This document shows positions 29,030 to 37,112 of a DNA stretch of 64,000 bases, in pieces. Location of the stretch: NCBI GenBank assembly GCA_963784905.1, contig CAWATP010000007.1, positions 14,797-78,796 of the forward strand, given 5' to 3'. Below the pieces are notes generated by a model, which saw nothing but the letters and a program-made list of their open reading frames with translations, searched no databases and was not told the DNA's origin. This stretch comes from an uncultured Actinomycetota bacterium (GTDB lineage Bacteria; Actinomycetota; Actinomycetes; S36-B12; UBA5976). Each line of letters starts with the position of its first letter. The stretch's first letter is position 1. The translations under genes and the position numbers were made by a program.

Positions 29030-29548
29030 ATGGATTGTGTGCATCGGAGGTTCGCCATCAACGCGTACGCAAAGCGATCGGCAGCTGGCTACTTAGCCGC
29101 TAGCGCACTCGCAACTGCCCTAGTCATCGCCGGAGCATCAGCCGCCGCAGCAGCTCCCCAGCTGCAGCGAACCCACGGCAGTGAGACCCAGACCCTCATG
29201 CCCATGCCCGCCGCAGATGCGTCGCTAATGCCGCTCCCAGATGGTGCACCGGCCCCGAGCCCGACTGTCGATGACGCCCTGCCGAGCGAGTCATCCGATG
29301 GGATGGCAGGCATGGGCGATGGCCATTCCGACAGTGCTGCGTCGATGCCGTACATTGCCACCCCCGATGCTCCACAGCGCCGACTCGTGCTAGCCGGATT
29401 CGCCGCTGCGAACGCACTCGTCATCACGGGCGCCGCGTACATGCGACGCAAGATCAAGTCCAACCTTCCCGCAGCAACCAATTCGCGAGCCGGCACCCCG
29501 GCTCGTGCCCCGCGCAATTCGATGAACAGTGATGGCGGTGCCGCATGA
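29030..29548 (+). CDS. Secreted, C-terminally anchored Met/His/Pro-rich small protein
   Basis: Signal-like AGYLAASALATALVIAGASAAAAA, tracts TLMPMPAADASLMPLP and DGMAGMGDGH, and a C-terminal TM LVLAGFAAANALVITGAAY. ATGA overlap with the next gene. No clear RBS, so the start is uncertain. Confidence 0.45.
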   Translation: MDCVHRRFAINAYAKRSAAGYLAASALATALVIAGASAAAAAPQLQRTHGSETQTLMPMPAADASLMPLPDGAPAPSPTVDDALPSESSDGMAGMGDGHSDSAASMPYIATPDAPQRRLVLAGFAAANALVITGAAYMRRKIKSNLPAATNSRAGTPARAPRNSMNSDGGAA

Positions 29549-30981
29549 GCGTCAACCAGCTCCCTAAGTCCTCTGACCCCACGCCGTTGCAGATGCCGCA
29601 AGTGCGCGTCGCGCCAGATACCACGCCGGAGCCGCGCGGCAAGAACTTGTTGGACATCCGTTGGGTCCGCCGGATGATGGAAAGCCCCTTGTATCCCAAG
29701 GTATTTCAGTGGGCGGTGCTCGCAGGCTTCACGCTGGTGGGTTACGAACTCCTGATCGGACCAGAGGCGGCCAGCCAGAACTTCGGCACCGTCTTGATGT
29801 GGGTGATCTGGTGGCCGCTGATTCCCGTCGCCTTCCTGTTGTTGGGCCGCTTCTGGTGTGCCATCTGCCCCTTCGCGACGATTAACGACTTCGTGCAAAA
29901 GCTGGTTGGCCTCGAGCGCCCAGTGCCGCCGTTCTTGAAGAAGTACGGCATCTGGATCATCGATGCGTCCTTCCTCTCCATTACTTGGGCCGACCACATG
30001 TGGGGCGTCGTCGAATCGCCGTGGGGATCTGGCGTACTCCTGCTGATGCTCACCACCGCCGTCGTTGTATCGGGCGCGCTGTGGCAGCGTCGTGCGTTCT
30101 GCCGCTATCTGTGCTTCCTGGGCGGCGTCTCCGGCAACTATTCACAGACTGCCATCGTGTCGCTCCGTGCAAATCAAGAGATTTGCAAGACCTGCACCGC
30201 GCGTGCCGTGTGCTTCAATGGCAGCGCCGACGTGCCTGGTTGCCCGCTGTTCTCATTCCCGCGCAAACTCGACTCCAACGCTGAGTGCAACCTGTGCGCC
30301 AACTGCATCAAGAACTGCCCCAATGGCGCCATAGAACTCAACGTACGCAAGCCCACGCAGGAATTGTGGTTCACCAGCAAGCCGCAGGTAGAAGTGGCGT
30401 TCCTGGCGATGGCCATTATGGGCATCGTGCTGTACCAAAACGTGTCCATGCTCGAAGTGTGGCCGACCGTTTTGCACCACGTTGGCGGATTCCTGCATAC
30501 CGACTACTACCCACTCGTGTTCTCGGCGACCTTCGCATTCGCGATCGCCATGCAGGTTGGTCTCTTGGCGCTCGCGTCTGCCGTTGCCACTCGTTTCTCG
30601 CCGCAAACTATGTGGCAGAACTTCGCGCGCTTCGGCTACGCGCTCATACCACTCGATATCGCCGTGCACATGGCACACAACTTGTTCCACCTGCTGTCCG
30701 AGGGCAAGGCAGTGCTGTACACAGCCTTGCCGATCGTTGGACAGCCCATGCCGACGACGTCACCTGCCTTGGTCGCTTCGATGGAGATCCAGATGCTGCA
30801 GTTCGGCATGGTGGCGCTCGGTGTGCTGGCCTCGCTGTACGCGGTGTATCGGGTTGCTCGTCGCCAATTCCCTGAAGCGGGAACCCATCGCAAGGTCGTG
30901 ATTCCGTACGCAGTGCTCGTGATCGGCCTTGGGGTGCTCAACACCTGGATGTTCACCATGCCAATGATGCATCGGGTGTAG
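29545..30981 (+). CDS. Integral-membrane 4Fe-4S polyferredoxin (NapH/CcoG/YccM-like)
   Basis: Membrane-embedded FWCAICPF and FCRYLCFLGG motifs, two ferredoxin-type clusters CKTCTARAVC..CP and CNLCANCIKNCP, and an additional C-terminal multi-TM domain. Confidence 0.75.
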   Translation: MSVNQLPKSSDPTPLQMPQVRVAPDTTPEPRGKNLLDIRWVRRMMESPLYPKVFQWAVLAGFTLVGYELLIGPEAASQNFGTVLMWVIWWPLIPVAFLLLGRFWCAICPFATINDFVQKLVGLERPVPPFLKKYGIWIIDASFLSITWADHMWGVVESPWGSGVLLLMLTTAVVVSGALWQRRAFCRYLCFLGGVSGNYSQTAIVSLRANQEICKTCTARAVCFNGSADVPGCPLFSFPRKLDSNAECNLCANCIKNCPNGAIELNVRKPTQELWFTSKPQVEVAFLAMAIMGIVLYQNVSMLEVWPTVLHHVGGFLHTDYYPLVFSATFAFAIAMQVGLLALASAVATRFSPQTMWQNFARFGYALIPLDIAVHMAHNLFHLLSEGKAVLYTALPIVGQPMPTTSPALVASMEIQMLQFGMVALGVLASLYAVYRVARRQFPEAGTHRKVVIPYAVLVIGLGVLNTWMFTMPMMHRV

Positions 30982-31011
30982 TTGCGCCGTGGGCAGTGCC
31001 CGCGTTCGCCG

Positions 31012-31416
31012 TTACGCCGCGTCGATCTCGGCGATCAGCGATTCGATGCGGCGACGAATTTCATCGCGGATAGGACGCACCGACTCAATGCCTTGTCCGG
31101 CCGGATCGTCAAGCACCCAGTCGAGGTAATGCTTGCCGGGGAAGAACGGGCACACATCGCCACAGCCCATGGTGATGACGTAGTCCGACGCCTGCACCGC
31201 TTCTGCAGTGAGCACCTTGGGCACCTCTTGTGACATGTCGATGCCCTCTTCGAGCATCGCAGCGACGGCCATGGGGTTGACTCGGGCGCCAGGTGCCGAT
31301 CCCGCAGACCGGACTTCGACGCGATCGCCCGCCAGATGCGTGAGGTAGGCAGCAGCCATCTGCGATCGGCCGGCGTTGTGGATGCAAACGAAGAGCACGG
31401 ATGCCTTGGGTGCCAT
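31012..31416 (-). CDS. arsC: Arsenate reductase, LMW-PTP type
   Basis: P-loop VLFVCIHNAGRSQMAAA (CX5R) and downstream Cys pair GCGDVCP. Confidence 0.85.
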   Translation of the reverse strand: MAPKASVLFVCIHNAGRSQMAAAYLTHLAGDRVEVRSAGSAPGARVNPMAVAAMLEEGIDMSQEVPKVLTAEAVQASDYVITMGCGDVCPFFPGKHYLDWVLDDPAGQGIESVRPIRDEIRRRIESLIAEIDAA

Positions 31417-31458
31417 GGTGGCTACTTCTTTCAGGAGAGGGGCGAGGGTGTGAGTGGA

Positions 31459-32553
31459 TCAGGTGGTGCGAATGGCGACGCGCTGTCGTAGCCATAGCGC
31501 GAGATAGACGAGTGCGACGAGCGCGGGAACTTCGATGAGCGGGCCTACCGCACCAGCCAGCGCCTGGCCGGATGTGACGCCCCAGACGCCGATGCTCACA
31601 GCGATAGCAAGCTCGAAATTGTTGCCTGCTGCAGTGAAAGCTAGCGTCGCCGTCTTGGGGTAACCGAGGTTGCTGCGAGCTCCGAGCCAGAACGAAACGC
31701 TCCACATGATTGCGAAGTATGCGAGCAGTGGAAGCGCGATCCTGAGTACTGACACGGGATCTGCCGTAATGGCCTCGCCTTGCAGCGCAAACATCACAAC
31801 GATCGTAAACAGCAAGCCGTACAGCGCGAATGGAGCAATGCGCGGAATGAACCGCTGTTCGTACCAGTCCCGTCCTTTGACGCGAAGCCCGATGCGTCGG
31901 GTGAGGTAACCGGCGACCAGCGGGATGCCTAAGAAGATGAGCACTGCCTTGGTGATTTCCCAGGTCGAGAATTGCACGTCCTGCGTATCGAGGCCAAGCC
32001 AGCTCGGCAGCAACTTGAGGTAGAAGGTGCCGAGCAATGCGTATGCGAGCACCTGAAACACCGAATTGATCGCTACCAGCAGCGCAGCCGCTTCTCTGTC
32101 GCCACAAGCTAGGTCGTTCCAGATGAGCACCATGGCGATGCATCGCGCGAGGCCAATGACGATCAAACCGGTGCGAAATTCTGGCTGATCAGCAAGAAAG
32201 ACCCACGCGAGTGCGAACATCAAGGCAGGACCGATCAGCCAATTCAGCAGCAGCGACAACCACAACAGGCGTCGATCACTGGTGACGTGGCTCATGTCTT
32301 CATAGCGAACTTTGGCCAGCACGGGATACATCATGAGCAGCAGGCCGAGCGCGATCGGTAGTGACGTCTGACCGATCTTCACGGCGTCGAGCGCGGTCTG
32401 AATGGACGGAACGAAACGCCCCAGTGCGAGCCCAGCAACCATGGCGATGCCGATCCAGACCGGCAGGAATCGATCGAGCGTGCTGAGACGATGTAAGACG
32501 TCCGAGTCAGGAGTCGTCTCGACGTGGTTGTGATCTGTCATGCCTAGCAGCAC
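31459..32553 (-). CDS. acr3: ACR3-family arsenite efflux transporter
   Basis: 364-aa polytopic protein with LDRFLPVWI, a conserved Cys in GLARCIAMV and PLIEVP motifs typical of ACR3. Confidence 0.9.
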   Translation of the reverse strand: MLLGMTDHNHVETTPDSDVLHRLSTLDRFLPVWIGIAMVAGLALGRFVPSIQTALDAVKIGQTSLPIALGLLLMMYPVLAKVRYEDMSHVTSDRRLLWLSLLLNWLIGPALMFALAWVFLADQPEFRTGLIVIGLARCIAMVLIWNDLACGDREAAALLVAINSVFQVLAYALLGTFYLKLLPSWLGLDTQDVQFSTWEITKAVLIFLGIPLVAGYLTRRIGLRVKGRDWYEQRFIPRIAPFALYGLLFTIVVMFALQGEAITADPVSVLRIALPLLAYFAIMWSVSFWLGARSNLGYPKTATLAFTAAGNNFELAIAVSIGVWGVTSGQALAGAVGPLIEVPALVALVYLALWLRQRVAIRTT

Positions 32554-32903
32554 TTCAGGTGCAATGCGACGGCGATCGCGTGGATGGCTTCGGGCACCAC
32601 TTTGTAGTGAACGTTCATGCCGCGCCGCTCTTTGGTGAGGAGCCCAGCGCCTTCAAGGGTCTTCAGGTGATGGCTCACCGTCGGATCGGAGAGACCCACG
32701 AGCGGAGCCAGCTCGCAGGTGCAGGCTTCTTGGGCCGGTTGCTCGATCATGTAGGCGAGCAGTTGCAGGCGGACCGGATCGGCCAGCGCCTTGAGCCGAG
32801 TTGCCAAGGCGAGGGCGTCCGCATACGGCAGCGTCGGAGTACTCCCCAGCGGCGGCATGCACACGGGGGAGAGATCGAGCAGAACGGGCAGCGACTTCGG
32901 CAT
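32544..32903 (-). CDS. arsR: ArsR/SmtB-family metalloregulator
   Basis: LKALADPVRLQLL, the C-x-C sensing site EACTCELA and HTH DPTVSHHLKTLEGAGLL. Start ATG 32903. It overlaps the ACR3 start. Confidence 0.8.
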   Translation of the reverse strand: MPKSLPVLLDLSPVCMPPLGSTPTLPYADALALATRLKALADPVRLQLLAYMIEQPAQEACTCELAPLVGLSDPTVSHHLKTLEGAGLLTKERRGMNVHYKVVPEAIHAIAVALHLKCC

Positions 32904-32984
32904 GTGCGCATCCTCGCACCCTGTTGACATACGTCAAAGAGGTGTTCACACTTATTCATTAGACGTTCATCTAAGGAGTACCCA
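32904..32984. promoter_or_regulatory. Divergent ars promoter/operator region
   Basis: TTGACA at 32924-32929 sits inside TTGAC-ATAC-GTCAA. Three TTCA half-site-like repeats follow (gtgTTCAcacttaTTCAttagacgTTCAt). AAGGAG SD at 32973-32978. Confidence 0.35.
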
Positions 32985-33146
32985 ATGACGACCTGCTGCG
33001 CAACGACCGAATCCGGCGCCGCCTGCTGCACCTCTGTCGCCCCCAGCGCCGTGGCTGTGCTCGAGGCGACAAAGGCGAAAACCGCCTGCGAATGTGATTG
33101 TGCGTGCGAATGCACGGACGGCAAGTGCAGCCCCGGGTGTTGCTGA
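32985..33146 (+). CDS. Small cysteine-rich protein (53 aa, 12 Cys), metallothionein-like; absent from the ORF track
   Basis: ATG 32985 lies 6 nt after AAGGAG. Translation: MTTCCATTESGAACCTSVAPSAVAVLEATKAKTACECDCACECTDGKCSPGCC, stop TGA 33144-33146. Third codon positions are G/C-rich like neighbouring genes. The stop is 4 nt before the permease ATG. Confidence 0.6.
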   Translation: MTTCCATTESGAACCTSVAPSAVAVLEATKAKTACECDCACECTDGKCSPGCC

Positions 33147-33150
33147 CCTC

Positions 33151-34206
33151 ATGAGTCTGACGCTGGCCGACCGCCTCCCCAGCAGCACTCGCGGTCGAGT
33201 TGTCGCGCTCACGTCGGCTGCCGTGGCTTGGATCGGCGCGTACTGGATCAATGGTCGAATCTGGGACGTACTGCTGTACGACGCATTCGGCATGGATCCC
33301 GCAGCTCGCCTCACCGAGACCGTGCACTTCTTTCTCTACGACTCCATCAAGATCCTGCTGCTGCTTGCGCTCGTCATCTTCGTCATCGCTGTGTTGCGCT
33401 CATACATGACGGTCGAGCGCACGCGGTCGCTGCTCGGCGGCAAGCGCGAAGGCGTCGGCAACGTTTTTGCTGCAGCGCTCGGTGTTGTCACGCCGTTCTG
33501 TTCCTGCAGCGCGGTTCCAGCTTTCATCGGTTTCGTCGCTGCAGGTATCCCCATCGGCATCACCATGAGCTTCCTCATCGCCAGTCCCCTGGTGAACGAA
33601 ATCGCGATCGGGTTGCTATTAACGCTCTTCGGCTGGGAGATCACGGCCCTATATGTTGGCGCGGGTCTGCTCATCGCGATTGTCGCCGGCTGGATACTCG
33701 GTCGCATAGGCGCCGAGCGCTGGGTCGAATCATTCGTGTTCGACGTGCGACTCGGCGGTAAGCCGCTCGACCCCAATGCCGGGCTGCATTTTGGCGAGCG
33801 CATGCAGATGGGCATTGAAGAAGTGCAGGCCATCATTCGCAAGATCTGGCCATACCTTCTCGTTGGCATTGCGCTTGGCGCCGCGATTCACGGCTGGGCA
33901 CCGGCCAACTTCTTTGCCGAACACGCAGGGCCGGATAACCCCTTCGGGGTGCTGATCGCAGTGGCTATCGGAATCCCCTTGTATTCCAACGCAGCCGGCA
34001 TCATGCCAATGGTGCAAGCGCTGTATGACAAGGGCTTGCCGATGGGTACATTGCTCGCCTTCATGATGGCAGTCGTCGCACTCTCGCTGCCGGAACTCAT
34101 TTTGCTCAAGCGCGTGCTCAAACCGCAGTTGCTTGCTGCCTTCGTTACGGTGACTGGCACCGGCATTGTGGCCATCGGATACCTCTTCAACGCAATACTT
34201 GCCTGA
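33151..34206 (+). CDS. COG0701/UPF0718 (YraQ/ArsP-family) permease
   Basis: Polytopic protein with the VVTPFCSCSAVP motif characteristic of this family. Track ORF trimmed to ATG 33151 (MSLTLADRL). Confidence 0.8.
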   Translation: MSLTLADRLPSSTRGRVVALTSAAVAWIGAYWINGRIWDVLLYDAFGMDPAARLTETVHFFLYDSIKILLLLALVIFVIAVLRSYMTVERTRSLLGGKREGVGNVFAAALGVVTPFCSCSAVPAFIGFVAAGIPIGITMSFLIASPLVNEIAIGLLLTLFGWEITALYVGAGLLIAIVAGWILGRIGAERWVESFVFDVRLGGKPLDPNAGLHFGERMQMGIEEVQAIIRKIWPYLLVGIALGAAIHGWAPANFFAEHAGPDNPFGVLIAVAIGIPLYSNAAGIMPMVQALYDKGLPMGTLLAFMMAVVALSLPELILLKRVLKPQLLAAFVTVTGTGIVAIGYLFNAILA

Positions 34207-34224
34207 CTTTCAAAGGAAGATCTC

Positions 34225-34467
34225 ATGCAGATCAAGGTGCTCGGCCCCGGCTGTGCCAACTGCGTCACGCTTGCACGGCTCACCCGAGAAGCAGTCGACG
34301 AACTCGGCTTGGATGCCACCATTGAGAAAGTCGAAGACTTCCCGACCATTGTCGGGTACGGCGTGCTGAAGACCCCCGGGCTTGTGATCGACGAGGTGCT
34401 CGTGGTGTCTGGTCGGGTTCCCACGCCGACGGCAATCCGAGAACTGCTGAGTGCGGCCACAAAGTAG
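34225..34467 (+). CDS. Thioredoxin-fold redox-active disulfide protein 2 family
   Basis: 80 aa, MQIKVLGPGCANC (CxxC) followed by TPGLVIDEVLVVSGRVP. This protein is a common partner of COG0701 permeases. Confidence 0.75.
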   Translation: MQIKVLGPGCANCVTLARLTREAVDELGLDATIEKVEDFPTIVGYGVLKTPGLVIDEVLVVSGRVPTPTAIRELLSAATK

Positions 34468-34545
34468 GTTTTCCGGCATTGGCACCGCCGGCACCCATCC
34501 ACAGGCCGCGACCGCTACCTTTGCGGCGTCAGTTGTTGACGGGAG

Positions 34546-35316
34546 ATGCGCATGACGTGGCAGGACCTGCTGCTGGGGATCCTTGTGGGTGCCGCGTTGG
34601 CGCCATTCGTGACCACGTTGCTGGAGCGGGTTCCTACCGCCGAGCCCTTACGTCCACGGGCTCGTTGCCGATCTTGCGCGGCGCCCATCGCCTGGGCTGA
34701 TCAACTGCCTGTGGTTTCGTGGCTCCGGCTGCGTGGGCGTTGCCGCTGCTGCGCTGCGTCCATCTCCCGCGACTACGTGCTCGCAGAATCGATCTGCGTC
34801 GCCAGTTGCGTCGTCGTCATTGCCCAACCTTGGTCATTCTTGCTGACGGCAACTTGGCTTGCGTTCATTCCGCTGGCCGTGGCGCTCGCCTTCATCGATG
34901 TGCGGCACAAGCGGTTGCCTAACGTCCTCACGTTGCGTTCGGCCGCGCTTGTCATCCTGATGCTTGCCTTGGCTGCCTTCCCCGACGACTGGTCGCTCTG
35001 GATGCGTGCCCTCGAAGCTGGTGCTGCCCTGTTCATGCTGTACCTGCTCATGAACCTGCTGACCGGCGGCGCAATGGGCATGGGCGACGTGAAACTGGCA
35101 CTCGCCATCGGCTTGCTGGCGGGCTACCTCGGGTGGCTCCACCTCATCTTCGCCACCCTCATTGCCTTCGTGACGGGCGGACTGCTCTCGGCCGTATTGC
35201 TCCTCACAAAGCGGGCCGGTCGCCGCTCCACCATCCCCTTCGGTCCGTTCATGTTGTTCGGTCTCATTGCCGTGGTCCCGCTGTTCACGAGCCTGCGCGC
35301 ATACGTACTCGGCTGA
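34546..35316 (+). CDS. Prepilin peptidase (A24 family)
   Basis: N-terminal Cys pairs CRSC..CRCC and the catalytic region [21 protein letters not shown]. Confidence 0.8.
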   Translation: MRMTWQDLLLGILVGAALAPFVTTLLERVPTAEPLRPRARCRSCAAPIAWADQLPVVSWLRLRGRCRCCAASISRDYVLAESICVASCVVVIAQPWSFLLTATWLAFIPLAVALAFIDVRHKRLPNVLTLRSAALVILMLALAAFPDDWSLWMRALEAGAALFMLYLLMNLLTGGAMGMGDVKLALAIGLLAGYLGWLHLIFATLIAFVTGGLLSAVLLLTKRAGRRSTIPFGPFMLFGLIAVVPLFTSLRAYVLG

Positions 35317-35428
35317 CCCTCGGCGGCAATGTGCCGCATTCGCGCGACTGGGTTACACTTTCGCCAGAACTCGGGCAAAGGCGCCTTCGGTGCCAGCGTG
35401 GCTCGGGTTCTTCGCTTTGGAGGTGGAC

Positions 35429-36133
35429 ATGGCTGAATTGCTACTGCTGACGCGGGCAATGGCGCTCTCCACCGAAGTGCTGCCTGCCTTGTCGCTGCTT
35501 TCGCACAAGGTGCGTGTGCTGCCGCCCGAGGTTTCTGCGCTGGTCACAGCGCCCACCTCGGACATCATTTTCGTCGACGGCCGTCGCGATCTCGCAGGCG
35601 CTCGCGCGCTCTGTCGTTTGATCCGCACGACGGGCATCGACAACACGATTCTGCTGATTGCCACTGAAGGCGGCCTTGCTGCCGTGTCTGCAGACTGGGG
35701 CATTGACGACGTTTTGCTCGACACTGCCGGTCCGGCCGAGGTTGACGCCCGCATCCGCCTTGCCATGGGGCGCCAAGCAGCCATGGCGACTGGCGGGGCT
35801 GATGAGCGGGGCGAAGAGATCCGTCAGGGCGAACTTGTCATCGATGAAGCGACCTACACCGCCAAACTGCATGGCCGCACCCTTGATCTCACCTTCAAGG
35901 AGTTTGAACTGCTGAAGTTCCTCGCGCAGAGCCCGGGTCGTGTGTTCTCTCGCGCCCAGTTGCTGCAAGAGGTGTGGGGGTACGACTACTTCGGTGGCAC
36001 GCGAACCGTCGATGTGCATGTGCGCCGCTTGCGTATGAAACTGGGCAATGACTTTGAAACCCTCATCGGTACTGTTCGCAACGTCGGTTACCGCTTTGAA
36101 ACCGAGCAGACGCGCAGCCATTCACTGGCATAG
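35429..36133 (+). CDS. glnR: Orphan OmpR-type response regulator GlnR
   Basis: [67 protein letters not shown] matches actinobacterial GlnR. Winged helix [32 protein letters not shown] before ATG 35429. Confidence 0.8.
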   Translation: MAELLLLTRAMALSTEVLPALSLLSHKVRVLPPEVSALVTAPTSDIIFVDGRRDLAGARALCRLIRTTGIDNTILLIATEGGLAAVSADWGIDDVLLDTAGPAEVDARIRLAMGRQAAMATGGADERGEEIRQGELVIDEATYTAKLHGRTLDLTFKEFELLKFLAQSPGRVFSRAQLLQEVWGYDYFGGTRTVDVHVRRLRMKLGNDFETLIGTVRNVGYRFETEQTRSHSLA

Positions 36134-36154
36134 CAGTTTGCGGATTGCAGCGGG

Positions 36155-37003
36155 TTACACCGATTCGAGGTCGCGAGGATCGGTCGCGACCGGTTTCCCA
36201 GAAACATAGGCACGGAGCCGATCGGCGATACTGCCGGCGAGTCCGTACAGCCCATCGAGTGACGCCTGCGAGAGTGGTTCGCCTGTGCTATTGCTCGCGT
36301 ACAGGGCGGCCAGCACCGGACCGTCGATCTGATACACGAGAAACGCTGTCTGCGGATTGCCGTCGACCAGCATGGTCGTGTGCACGATTAAGCGGGAGTC
36401 CGCATCCACCAGTGGTGTGGCTGTCGGACCAGGTGCTGTGTGGAAGGTGAAGACGAGCGTGTGCTTGTCGAAGGTGGTGAAGGTCTTGCCCTCTTTGCAG
36501 TTGAGCCGCGCTGCAATGACTTCGGCGAGTGCCTGCCTGGCTGCTTTGGCGGACTCGTAAACGACGACTTCACTCGAGATGCCGACGTAAATGCCTGACG
36601 GGTCGTAGCCGCCGACTTGGAGGCGCTTCACGCGCAGTGCCTCACTCGGATACTTCGCGGCGCAGAAGTCGAGCGTGGGTGAACCGAGCGAAGTTCCGTC
36701 CGCAATGACGGCAACGACATTGCCATCGAGCATGTCCGCGGTGCGGAGCCCGATGGCCGCTAGCGGGTTCGTGCCGCTTGGTTCTAGGGGCGTGGGGGTA
36801 GGGGCGGCTTTGCCAGGTTCCCATCCCGTGGACGGATAGTCCGGCATGCCGACAAGTCCGGGCCGCAAACTGTCGGCCATGTCCAGAGGCTTGACCTCGG
36901 CATTGGCGATTGCCGCATCACGTGCATCGCTGAGCCCGCAGCCGGCAAGGAGCAGCACCGTTGTCAGGCCGATGATGGCCGCGCGGGCCTGCTGCGTGCG
37001 CAT
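36155..37003 (-). CDS. Lipoprotein of unknown function
   Basis: Lipobox LLLAGC after MRTQQARAAIIGLTTV, then a Pro-rich linker and a globular domain. No family recognised with confidence. Confidence 0.6.
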   Translation of the reverse strand: MRTQQARAAIIGLTTVLLLAGCGLSDARDAAIANAEVKPLDMADSLRPGLVGMPDYPSTGWEPGKAAPTPTPLEPSGTNPLAAIGLRTADMLDGNVVAVIADGTSLGSPTLDFCAAKYPSEALRVKRLQVGGYDPSGIYVGISSEVVVYESAKAARQALAEVIAARLNCKEGKTFTTFDKHTLVFTFHTAPGPTATPLVDADSRLIVHTTMLVDGNPQTAFLVYQIDGPVLAALYASNSTGEPLSQASLDGLYGLAGSIADRLRAYVSGKPVATDPRDLESV

Positions 37004-37035
37004 AGGTGCAAGTATGCCGGTTGCTCAGCGACCCC

Positions 37036-37106
37036 CCCTGCGCTTCACTGTCGAAAATGCGCGCTTGCGCGCCATTTTCGAACAGTTTCGACAGTGAAGC
37101 GCAGGG
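37036..37106. repeat. REP/MITE-like palindromic element, copy 1
   Basis: ccctgcgcttcactgtcgaaa ... tttcgacagtgaagcgcaggg with a nested inner hairpin (aaaatgcgcgc / gcgccatttt). It ends 7 nt from the sua5 stop. Confidence 0.85.
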
Positions 37107-37112
37107 CGGTCG

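Noticed and set aside
29024-29039. CACAAT-GG-ATTGTG palindrome overlapping the start of the Met-rich peptide gene, considered as a copper-regulator operator.
   Set aside because: It is only a 6-bp arm, does not resemble the GC-rich CsoR or CopY/CueR boxes I know, and has no second copy in the 319-bp divergent region. A chance occurrence is plausible.
28817-29044. 75-aa minus-strand ORF in the 319-bp intergenic region between the copper gene pairs.
   Set aside because: It has no RBS, unremarkable composition and no motif, and it overlaps the start of the plus-strand gene. The evidence is not sufficient to call it.
31109-32143. 344-aa minus-strand ORF spanning the arsC/ACR3 junction in another frame.
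   Set aside because: It overlaps two genes with unambiguous family motifs, and its product is an Arg/His/Pro-rich low-complexity sequence. It is an out-of-frame artefact.
32985-33146. Reading the Cys-rich ORF as a RiPP precursor (leader plus Cys-rich core).
   Set aside because: No cyclodehydratase, radical-SAM enzyme, lanthipeptide synthetase, dedicated protease or exporter lies in the vicinity. The metal/metalloid context explains the composition more simply. It is kept only as an alternative within the finding.
23119-34500. Possibility that the tRNA-Lys marks a classical integrative genomic island carrying the metal-resistance genes.
   Set aside because: No integrase, recombinase or transposase is present, and I found no direct repeat of the tRNA 3' end. 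The accessory genes lie on the 5' side of the tRNA rather than the usual 3' attachment side. I kept only the weaker statement that the region looks accessory.
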